Origin: Orbicella franksi
Lineage: Eukaryota
NCBI GenBank assembly: GCA_964199315.1
Contig: OZ116698.1
Location: 31,620,001-31,684,000, forward strand
Length of the DNA: 64,000 bases
Reading direction: 5' to 3'
How positions within the stretch are numbered: the first letter of the stretch is position 1; each line of letters opens with the position of its first letter. The position numbers were made by a program, and so were the translations under genes. The notes below the pieces were generated by a model. The model was not told the DNA's origin and did no database searches. It saw only the letters and a program-made list of their open reading frames with translations. This document shows positions 26,516 to 37,991 of the stretch, in pieces.

Positions 26516-27607
26516 ACTGAGTTAATGAAATGCATTCCAAAGTGTTCAAAGTCTGAAAGTGCACAGTCCCAGCCTCAGGAATTTCTCATTTTTAACTGTG
26601 GCTCTTTAGAGCGTCTTTAGAACTCTCAGGTGTTTTCTGTGGCTTCACACTCTATCTAGCCTTCGAAGCAAACGTTCTCGTACGTTTAGCCGCACCAATA
26701 ATCGTCAGGATTGATTCAGTGTTTTAAAAGAGAAAGGATTTTTTTTTTAGACGCCAGTAAGTGTTCGGTGTAATCATATCAAGTAAATCACTTGTCATTA
26801 AGGATATAATAGCCCTAATCAGTGTCAATAACGCTGCGGTTCAAGTAGTTCCAAGAATACCGTTTGGGTCAGAACTCATTAGTCGCCTTTTTCTCCGTCA
26901 GACATACAAGCGGACCATTTTGTAACCTTTCCTTATTTAAGTAGTACCTAGTTCTAGCTTTTCGATCCAAGGGCGTTATGTCCCAGATTCAGTTGGAAAG
27001 TTTAGCCTTAATTTATTGTTACACTTATTGCTTTAGGTGATATCTTTCATTGATATCACCGGAGAGTCAAACGGTGCCTGTTCATTTATCATAAATGAGA
27101 AGTACGTTTACACGAAGAAAGTCCTAGCTTCTGAAGTGTGTGGCTCCTGCATTGATTGTTCAATCAGTGTTAAACCTCATGCTAGAGTTACGCAATGACA
27201 GAGTACAGGATACAAAAGGGTGAAGATCTTTTTTTATTATTATTTTTCGCTATATGCACATGGTGAGTGATCAAGTGATATAGAAAACCGTTGATAGAAA
27301 ATTACCTTAATAATGATATGGTATTAATAAACATGTCAGACGGTACATGTCAACAATACACGTCAAACATCTAGAATTTTACGACTCAGTGAATTCGTCT
27401 TGAACTTGATAAGGCAAAAAGTCTGAAAAACGGATTAAAACGAATAGAATACAGAGTTTGAAAACTCCATCGTTTTCATGTAAGATGGCAGAACTGTACA
27501 ATTACGGTATGTTAGTCATTGCTCAGCAAAAGTTAAATTGTAGCAAAACTGAGTCAATGTTTCTTTGCCCATGGTGGCCGGTGGCTATTGAAATTCGTTT
27601 CCAGTTA

Positions 27608-29311
27608 TTATAGTGTCATCATCTGAATAGGTCTGAAGTGCATGTAGGGAAAAACACGAGCAGCTGGGTATGGAGCGTAGCGTATGACAGGTACCACTGG
27701 ATATGAAGGGTAGAAGATACGAGTCTTAGTTGATTCAGGACTGTTGTCTTCGTCAGCTTCTGGTTTGTGGAATTTCCTGCTTTTCGATTTGGAACGGTGG
27801 TTTGAAAACCAGACCTATAGAAAGAAAAATAGGGAGCTTATTAGTTCTTGTTTCTTGGCAGTATATGTGCGATGTCTTTCCATAAACTGTAATTGTCTTA
27901 AACGTCACTATATGATTGTGAGATGATTGCATTTGTGAACATTTCCCGTACATTGCTTTGAAAAAAAAAATGCCCAACCATGCTTACCTGAATCTTGGAT
28001 TCGCTGATATGAAGTCGCTCTGCAAGTTCTTCTCGTGTTAGAGCATCAGGATATTGCGTTTTCTCAAAGGCTTTCTCTAGTTCTTCGACTTGTTCAACTG
28101 TAAACTTGGTTCTGTTCCTTCGCTGATACAATCTTACATTATGGCGGCTGCTGTTGTTGATGCTGCTGCTGTTGTTGCAATTGATGACTGCTGGGCTTGG
28201 CAAGTCTCTTAGTACCGCAGAATGGCTAACAGTAGATCCTGGTGAATGAAACACAAAATAATTTTGTAAATTAATGTACCACCAAAATGTGAAATTTTAT
28301 TGAGTAATTTTCTATTTGATTAGCTTTGGGTACAGCCGGAGTACAAGAATTGAACATCCATCCATCTGTGCAAACTGCTCTGAGTCTATGATATTTCTGA
28401 CCTAGAGCCGAAAAATAAAACATAGTGTGAGCTGCTTACCTAGGTCAATGACTTTGCTTGGAGTCAATTCACTGGTATCCATCTTTTCCTTATCAGCCCT
28501 TTCCTCTTTTGTTTCCCATTTATCTTCAGCTTTGAGGATGTTGTCGATAGAGAAAGGAGTAAAACCTTTGTGTGGTGCATTCTCTTTAGAACTGTCCATC
28601 CCCACTTCACTGGCACTAACCGATGATCTTTCATATTCACTGCCGGTTGATCTCGCTCGTCGCAGTAACCTGCTAATTACAGTTAAGGGTGGCAGACTTT
28701 CCTTAGTGCAATAACCGTCAGCCACAAGCTTTTCTTTGACTTCCCAGGAGAAGATATCTGGTGTTGTGTGGCTGTACTCCTCAATTTTGTTCTTCACTTC
28801 CGAGCTCACATCTCTCGATGTCTTTCTCTTGGCGCGGCCGGGTTCAAACGAACCAGTGTCGTTGTATTTGGAAAGCAGCTTACTAATGCAGCCATGTGAA
28901 ACTTTCAGTTGCCGACTGATATCACATGGACGGATTCCAAGTTCAGCCATTTCGATGATTCGTTGACGAACGGAGTTTGGAAGCGGTTTCCCATTTACGA
29001 ACACTCCACCTAACTGGTTTAGCTTGCCTAAGGAAGGAAAAAACAAACATTGTTCAATGGTTAAACTACGCTATCGGCTAGGTGTGATATACTAGGAAAT
29101 AAAGACATAAATGTTTGTTTTGATCGCCTCATATATTTGTTCTTTCTTAACCATACTTAAGTGGCTCATGTCTGCAATTGTACCGTCGCATGAGCAACTG
29201 AATTGTGTCGTGACATTCTTAAAACGGAATCAAGCTAAACCCTGTTCCGCATAGCTTATGAGAAACTTAAATATTTGCGCCATATCCACCTGATTTAAAA
29301 ACTTCCTCCAT
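27608..29311 (-). CDS. PaxD: Pax gene B (Pax3/7 / PaxD-like): paired domain, octapeptide, S50 homeodomain, ~355 aa. Exons 29311-29290 (tentative), 29027-28440, 28238-27988, 27814-27608
   Basis: [17 protein letters not shown]...FSWEVKEKL; octapeptide PFSIDNIL; homeodomain QRRNRTKFT...IQ|VWFSNHR; stop TAA 27610-27608. Exon 1 (MEEVFKSG|) uses a weaker GTGGAT donor and has an in-frame stop just upstream of the ATG, so it is less certain. Confidence 0.88.
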
Positions 29312-32094
29312 CTTTGGCTAGAGAATTTTCAGACTTTGATGCGCCTCTGGCTCTTGTTGGTGTGCTCTTGATTTGTTTTGGTTTGTCCGCGGCGATGGTG
29401 CGCCGCTAATATAGGATATCGTGTCTAGGCGGGATATCTTTGACGTCAAAGCACTTCTATTTTAAGAGCGCTGTTTCTAAACATAGTCTAGAGGAAACAA
29501 TAGAAAATCACGTTCATAAATCTAATTAGTCTTTTGTTAATAGAGTTATGCTCAGTTGACCTTTACATGACGTGTTTCGTGCACTTTCGCGTGACGAGCT
29601 CTGGGTGTAGTCGTTAACGCTTTATGCGCACACGTGACGATCATTTCTCGTGTCGTGGGAAAGTTTTCTGGAAGCGATATTGATACATTCGGATCAAACG
29701 CTCTTTACACCCCTTTCCTGTTATTAAACACAAAATCCTGTGTTCGTCTCGTCTGTAGAAGTAAGAGCAAGTAAGAGTTTCTATGAGTAACGTTCAAACT
29801 GTGCCAATTTAACAACCTTCCGTTCTAAGGAACAATATGTTTTGATATGACAGTATCGCACAAAGCCATATCCTTTTTCTCTTTTGCTCTTTAGTAGATT
29901 TGAATTATTTTTCGTCTTCGAATTCCTTTTATTTTGGCTGTAAAACATGCCAGACTGATTTCAAAATAAGATTATAGCTGGCCTTGTTGATTAGTAGAAC
30001 ATGTGACACATAACAATGGAGCGGACATCCGGATAACGTGGGAGATAAAAACACTTAAAAACCAATTCAGGCGAAATAAAAACAAAATCCTTGAACGTAA
30101 TGTTGATCATGTGTACGTCCAAAACTCACAATAACAAATAAGTACTATTTGAAGGGCTTTTTTATTCCAAGGTGTGATGACAACAAAACGAGCGTAGTGT
30201 CTGAATTTACGCAACCGCACACCCTAAAAAACAAATCAGTGACATGTTACTGACTTCGCCAATCCGAGAAAGTTTACGGTAGTTTTCACGGTGTATCATG
30301 TTTGTCTGTGTAATTATATTTCCCGCACTGGCCGCCGTAACTTTAGACTTTGATATGTGCACGATGCTCTTTATATCAATTTAATCTAGCTTAATCTGCA
30401 GTGTCTTAAAGTTACTGACATAATAGTCTGTCTGTGAAATTGCATCTTCTCAATGGCAGAAAGGCACAAAGTGTTTTTCTTCCTTATTGTTCGTCTGGCG
30501 GGGAACTGCTTTCACTCTATGAATAGCACAGCACTGATGTGAGGCCCCCTTCTTTTCTTTCCAAAAAGTAAACAAACGTAGTGGTGGTGTCTCAGCAGCG
30601 AGAGCGGGGCGAATTGCTGTAGGTTACAGCCAGTAGCGACCTGTGCAAAAACATCTGTTGCATCTTGTTGTCTGACTGTGGTCGGCCGGAATTAAGTTAT
30701 CCTTGACACTTTTTCTATACTTGCCGGTTTTGCTGATTTTTCAGTCCTCATTAATCTTTTTTTAGAGCTTTGAACATTTGAATTAGACAACGGTCGCAAT
30801 GTATCTGGTTTATCAGTTTTTTTTAACCTTGTATAGCAAACAAAAAATGAACTTCCTAAAACGTCCGGTGTCGATGTCACGTCGGCCAATAAAACGTAGA
30901 TCAGTCAGTGTTGGTAATCTTTATCCATCCATTTTCTTTGTTTTGAAAAACTGACACTTTAAAATTACATTTGCAGTGCGCCTGGAAGTCAGCCCCGTTT
31001 CAGAACGCCCCCGTCACATATCCGATAACTACGCAAACGGCTTGTTCGTTGAACATTTGGTCGACTCAACGGAACTTAGAAACTTTCGACGTGTGTCACG
31101 CTTCGTACCCTTTGTATAAAACTCGGTAATTTTTTATGGACGTTTCATAAATCACCGTGTAAGCTTGGCTTACAGACAATTTAATGTGTCCAGAGCAACA
31201 AAGTGTCTTTTGCGGTAAAGTTCCGTAGTTTTGGCATGAGATCTTGGCTACAATGTGCGTGGGTTCTTAGAAAGATGGAGAACAAGCTGAGAGGTGGCGG
31301 GGTTAATAAGTTAACGATGTTTTTTTAAAGAATTTTCGTTCAGAAAGGAAAAAAGGAAAAATATGCATTGTTACAAGCAGGAACAAGACAATCGATGTAG
31401 ACCATCAGTGAGTTATGTGGGTGCATGGAATAACGTAAAAAAGCGAAATAGGCACTAAAACATGACGTCAAGCTTTGCTGTAATACGAAACAGTACAGTT
31501 CTAATTTCTCTAGAACTATTAAAAGTCTGCCATAGCTGACTTGGTGAGAAACTGTGGATCAATCAGTTTCACGCAAACCGTCACGCCGTGAAATGCTGGT
31601 TTGTTTTTCTGCCCTCTTGATCTCAAAGGAACAACGAGAGCGGCATGTGACGTGTTGTTATGTTCATGTCGTGACGTTTCTTCCCACCCGAATCGTGACG
31701 CGATGGTTATTTGCCCACCAGAGTCGTGACGACAGTAGCGAACATCCACCGAATGCGATACGGAAAGGCACGAGCAACCAGTTATTTATAAATTTATTCG
31801 TTGATTTCTCGTATTCAGAAAATGCTTTTAGTCCTTGTCTCAGCTGTTGTGAAAAAACGTATTTTTCCTTGAATATTTCTTAACTTTAATGACGATGCCC
31901 GGCGAAGGCGGAGGTAATTGATGCAATTTTAAGAACGATCTGCGGCGTTGTGACGACAGTGACGAACTATCTCCGAATGAGATACGGAAATTTACGAGTC
32001 ACAAAATATTCTCTTCCATATTCACATTGTAGACAACCTTGGACGAAGCATCGCTTTTCAATGAAAAGGTTGTGACATTGCCGGCTCTTCAAGG
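29312..32094. promoter_or_regulatory. Divergent (head-to-head) intergenic/promoter region between Pax B and Pax C
   Basis: Gene orientation. CGTCACG on either strand at 29590, 29633, 31579, 31670, 31694, 31725. TGACGTCA at 29441 and 31463. Function is inferred. Confidence 0.5.
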
Positions 32095-35000
32095 ATGCAA
32101 GATTCTTCCACATTTTCACATGCAGGTAATAACATCTTCCGTTACTTTTAAAAATCGTTTAGGAGACGCCTTTAGTACAATGTTAAGTTTAAATTATTAG
32201 AAAAGACCCGCGATAACATAGTGTAATTCTCAGCTCAACAAGCAAACTCTGATCGAATAATTCCCGGCAATTAACACAGAGAAAGCAGAGATACTAACGA
32301 ATTAAATCGTAATAAAGCATATCCAAATCTTTCCCAGAGCTCGTGCTACCATCAACCTCCGTAATTGAAATGTTTTCAAATTTATGATCCGTTCCGTGGG
32401 ATCGATTGATTCGGTGTCCAAGCCGTTAAACAGTCGGTCAAAACATGACACGTGCACACCCAATTTCAATGAGATCCAAAGACTTGGAAACTCATAGTGG
32501 CTCCCTGTCAACATACGAAAAGCAATTTTCAGTTTAGCAATAGATGGTTCATTCCTTATCCGTCACCAATATTCCCTGCTATATCTGTCAGTAATAAATC
32601 CCGTGAGGTTAAATCCAGCTTCGTTTAGACTCCGCAGTCTCCTGCAGCTCTTACCTATGTTCAGTTAGCAGTTTTCAACGTCGTTCCAGTTGTATAAAGT
32701 CCAGAGTTATTTTGCATACAAACTTAAGTGATGTTGATCAGATTTCGATACAGTATCTCACTAGTATGATTGTCTCACTGTGATTACATCGCCAGTGAAC
32801 ACCCTTTCTTTGCCAGGTGTTTTGATGTCCACGAAGTAACAATATATCTTCGCATGCCGAAACTAAGGTAGTAGAAATTCGCAACAGACTATCGCATTAG
32901 ATCGCATGGCAGTTTAATTATTTTAGACAGTATTAAAACATATTTACATAACTGGAGTTGGTGGATCAGTTATATTCTACCTACAGCATATTGGTGTGCA
33001 GTTATTAAGGGCCCAAGTTTCAATCTTCATTCTGTTGTAGGCGGTTTTCTGGTTCTAAATCAAAAGAGTCCATGTTGTGACTAACTAAAGCTGTTTAAGC
33101 AGACCTTCAATTTTAAAATTGTGCACTCTTTTATTGCTTCCGTTGTCAAGTGTCGAGTGTCGAGCAAGTGAACTTGAATAAATCAGTAACTGATGCTTGC
33201 CCCGCATGTTCACCGCAAACAACTCAATTTTCCTTTGGCAAACAAACACCCACTACAAAAACGTGATTTCCTTCCGTAGGACCAGGGCGTTTAAATCAGC
33301 TTGGAGGTGCTTATATCAATGGCAAACCACTTCCAAAAGAGATTCGGAACGAAATCCTCGCGTTAGCCCTCCAAGGATTTCGTCCTTGTGACATAAGTCG
33401 TCGTTTACGGATTACCCATGGCTGTATTAGTAAGTTACTGTCCAAGTATCGTGAAACTGGCTCAATCCAAGCTGGAGGAGAAAGTGCAGGCCGACCCCGA
33501 GTGATCACTCCTCGAATAGCACAGAGAATCATGGAGTACAGAAAGGAACAACCAGGTCTGTTTTCTTGGGAGATACGAGATCGTCTTGTTCAAGAAAACC
33601 TGTGCAGTAAGGAAAGTCCTCCCTCTCTCAGTTCCATCAGTAGATTGTTGAAGAATAAACATAATTTGGACACAGCGCAAGGAATTATCCGGAAACGTAA
33701 CAGCAATTCCTACATGATTGCCAGTATCTTAAATCTACCGTCTAGCCAGTCGTCATCGTCGATTCCTCCATCGATGTCGTCTACTTCTATAGATAGTCGT
33801 GGAAAAATGGTTGAACAGAAACAGACAGGTCAGTAAAAAAGAAACTATTTTACGTGTTTTCCCTTTTCAATTGCTTGCAAAACCATTTTTATATCCTACG
33901 TGTTGTTTACTCTAGTGGTTCTATGTGCCCTAGTGCACGTAGGAGATTCCTCCAGCCCTGGTCCTCCTCAACAACAATATGACAACTTCCGAACGTCGCT
34001 TCCATGCCCGATAGTCAAGATAGTGACATTTCACGGAACGGGTCAAGCGAATTTGTTGGTAATCTTAAAATGTTAAAAGAAAGCATAGTCACAAGACTAG
34101 AATCAGGTGGGCCTGACTCCGGCAAGTCATCAAAATTTACTTAGGCCTTTCAGTCAAGAACTTGTATATAAAATGGCTAACCAAAATTGATGTAAGTCAA
34201 TCAAGGCTCTGTGGAAGTAGCGCACATGGGGTGCCAACAGCTAACGGAAATCAGCTCTATGAAATATTTATTTAATAGTCAATATTTTGAGTATTCTGTG
34301 AGTTTTATTCTGAAAAATGTCGAAAAGTAGAGTTTCTACAACCTTGCGGACATTCCAGTTTACTTGCCCAGTATTTGTGAATAATGTTAGAAATGACTGA
34401 CAATATTAGCGTCTATTTAACTCCTATCTAATCAGAAACAACTGGAAAATGCTTTCAGTTAGGTTTACCCTCGATTTTTCTTAATACGTTGACTCAACTG
34501 ATACTTGTTAAGCAATAGCGATTGACAATGTTTACTATCTGGCGATCATAACCTGGACATTCTAACTATTACTAAACGTGGATGGCATTGAATGACTTGG
34601 AAAGTTAATGATAGGTGGCTAGATGATTTAAACTTTACGGGGTTACGTACCAACAAAAAAATAATTTGGCTGACTTATTTATTTAGTTATTTTATTTAAT
34701 TTCTAAATTAAACACCACGATAAAGGAAAGTCATTTAAACACGTGCACATAAAGCATTCAAAACATAGTAATGATATAAAAGTAATAGTTTAAACATTTT
34801 TTTTAACCTTTATGTATATTATATGACTAAGAATACAAAGCAATCCTTCTTTAAGAGGCCAAATTAACTGTTTGTCTGTTGTGTTGAGCTACTGAAAACA
34901 GTCCAGTGGACACTGAAGAAAACCCTCACATTGATATATTTCACATTTCTATCTGACTTACTTTTGAGAGGCAGTGTTTGAGCATAGTTGTACTCAATTT

Positions 35001-35645
35001 CAATCTTAGGGGTATTATAATACTGTGAAATAAAGGAGTGAAAATAACTTTTTCCCATCCACTCAGTTGTCAGAGTAATATAAATATTTCCACTCTACCA
35101 AGGCCTAAACTGTCATCTGTGAAATGAGATGATAAAGGTCGGACCTGAAAACACACTTAGTTGCTTTTCTGGTTTGAAAGAAACCCTTAATAACTTGTGC
35201 ATGATCTATAAAATTGTTAATGTGTTTCTGTGCCAAGATTTCCTGAAAACAGATTTACTATTTCATAATCATTCCTGTTTTTTTCAAATACAAAATCTAT
35301 ATGAAAACAAAATATCCTCACAACGACGTTTGAAGCTCATTTGACGAATAACGTGGATCCTCCAATTTGCGACACCTTAAATCTTCTGTTAGAAAATATT
35401 TTTTGTCCAAAAACTCTTAGCTTAGTTTTTAGTGGTGCATATCTAGATTTAGATTTTTTAAATTTTTAACTTTTATCATATCTTTAAATTTTTATTTTAT
35501 TTTGTAATTTTTATTATCTTATAAGTGTAAATAGTTTTTAATTTTTAACTTAGGATACAGGGCCACTGGTTCGTCAGTCTTTTTACTGTTATGTGTTACC
35601 CTCTGTAAATAAAGTTGTTACTTACTTACTTACTTACTTACTTAC

Positions 35646-35701
<56 letters not shown>

Positions 35702-37991
35702 ATTAAGAAGACAAAAAACATTTAACCCAGAAAAATACTTTCTTATCTCTGTGGAAGGGACGCTGTCTTAAGGGATTCTCTACTACTTCTAGTTTCACAT
35801 GACACAATGAGGTTAGAGTATTTGTAGCTGAATTTATTTTTGGCAATATCCAGCCAGATATGTCTTACCTTTGGAAAACAAACATTTCTGAAGCCCAAGG
35901 TTGATTTCCGTTGCAAAGATTACAACTGCAGAAATTGTTTTATGTAAGTTATATGCAAGTTAAGCTTACCTAGCATTAGAGCTAATTGTGCCAAGACCTG
36001 GTTTTACGTTTTGATTTGTGTACCATGAGTTAGACACTGATCTTTCTCAAGCCATTGAGGATTCCAGGTACAAATAACTTCCTTCTGAAAAGAGAAGGGG
36101 TCTTACTATAACGATCTTTTTAAAGTTATCTTGTTGAAAGTAATTTTAGCATTTATATAAAAAGTTATCGTAATTATATTGTGACGGATCTCGAAAAGCC
36201 CCACAAGTGAACATTAAAAAAGTATGTAATTCTTGTAACACACTATCACGACTACAAAGGACTACTGACACTGACACTTGTACCATTACCCAGTCGGATT
36301 TTGCTCATATAGACGCTAATTAGAGTAACTCGCTCTAATTTTATGGTTGAAGAAAAAAGAAACAAAGTTGTCAGGAAATCTGAGGAGGATTGAGGACAGA
36401 AGGATTTGTAGATTGTTATTAAAAAGGGTATAATAGGAACTAGGATTGGACTTCATAGCTTGTTGTTTGGGTCTAAATTGCCCCTTAGCCTAACCTCCAA
36501 GGCTGTGGGACCAATGGGTTTTCTATAATCAAGTGTTCCTTTATCGTGCTGGTCAGAGAGTGCCTGGCTGTAGGGAATGGTGGGTAGACTATAGAAGTTG
36601 GTGGCAGACCAGGGAGTGTAAGTCCAGCAATAAAATGTTTTGACATTGTGGAAATAGGATTTTGAAGCATTTTGAATGGCTACTTAGAATTGAGCTAAGG
36701 ATTTGGATTTGCATTCTTCCCTTTTCTCTTTAGGACTCAGCATCTAAAAATACAACAAACAGCATCTAAAAATATCGCAGTCTCTCTGTTGACGTCAATT
36801 GTCTACCACATTGTCTGCCACTTGTAACTGTGAGTTTGTAGTGTTTGGTCATTAATAATAAACATTTATTTTGTTGGCCGTCACAGAGAATACCCAGGAT
36901 GCTGAAGACTCACGCGAAACTTTTCCGCTGCGGATTCAGAGAAGAGAACGCATCAAGTACACGAGCCACCAACTACATGAACTTGAAACAGCATTTAAAA
37001 TCAATCAGTACCCATCTGTGTCAGGGAGAGAACAACTAGCAAGAAAAATTGGAGTTACTGAGTCCAGAATTCAGGTGCAGTGCTATTCAGGTGTTATTCA
37101 ACTGCATTACTGTTTAGTTCAGGTAACTTAAACTGACTAATGTTTGAGCTCTAAAGTAAATAGGAGAATCTACCAACTACCATTTAGTTTCCTCTGATGG
37201 GTAAGTAACAATACATTTGTTTTACTTTTAACAATAGATTTTAAGCAACAACCTGTAAACTGTAACAAATAAATGGAAGGCTTCTCAGTCCTTCCAACTT
37301 CACAGGCTACAAATTCAGGCGCTGTTGGGTTATGACATTGAATTTGACAAGTTCTAGTTATCTACCGAACACTCTTGGTTGGCACAAAAAGGAATTGTTA
37401 TCTATATAAAACATAAGCCAGCCTGAGTGTATTTTTCCAACATGTTTACTCCAAGAATAATACTACTGACCTTCCGAACATTTGTCACAAATTATCTTAA
37501 AGGCCAAGAACGGCTTTTCTCAAGCGTAGCCTTTGCCACAGCGCTGCCTCCCCCAGGAACACAATCTAGCTAGAGACCTAAAACTAGCTAATCCCCGTGG
37601 CCCACCTGCAAAAGAGGATTAACGAGAAGTTCGCTGAACCAGACTCCTCCACGACAATAAAAAAAACTGTGTACCCCATCGAACCAACAAAAATAGGCTT
37701 TCTAATGAACAAAGTTACTCCAGAGTTTGTTATTAACGTTTCATGGTAGATTTTACGATATTTAAAACCAAATTCTTCAGATCTTCTAATCACCTGTTTG
37801 GTGGACTCTAGGTGTGGTTCTCAAATCGAAGGGCAAAGTGCAAAGCTAGAAGGCACTCGACTAATGAAGCAGATTCAAGAACAAACGACCCAAAAGACTG
37901 CTCGTGTCGACGGATTTCAGACTCTCACGTACTACCGAAAATGATGGGACCTGGTACATCAAGAATATTCTTTCCACCTGAACAACATTAA
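32095..37991 (+). CDS. PaxD: Pax gene C (divergent PaxD-like): paired domain, octapeptide, S50 homeodomain, 315 aa. Exons 32095-32125, 33280-33828, 36887-37074, 37812-37991
   Basis: MQDSSTFSHAG|[18 protein letters not shown]...THGCISKLL...PGLFSWEIRDRL; octapeptide SYMIASIL; homeodomain QRRERIKYT...YPSVSGREQL...IQ|VWFSNRRAK; phases 1,1,0 as in A and B; stop TAA 37989-37991. The symbol denotes the class only. Confidence 0.85.
35200..35701 (+). mobile_element. 3' end of a LINE (L2/CR1-like) terminating in a (TTAC)n tail
   Basis: aataaagtt is immediately followed by ~21 copies of TTAC (35618-35701, one interruption). The upstream fragment MIYKIVN resembles an RT C-terminus. Confidence 0.55.

Noticed and set aside
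17985-29311. A and B both total 1068 coding nt (355 aa)
   Set aside because: Individual exon lengths all differ and B exon 1 is tentative, so this is treated as coincidence.
33943-34058. Possible extra exon in intron 2 of Pax C
   Set aside because: From the AG at 33941-33942 it ends in phase 0, whereas the homeobox exon's CAG acceptor needs phase 1. The phase-1 frame has a stop at 33980, and there is no counterpart in D or E.
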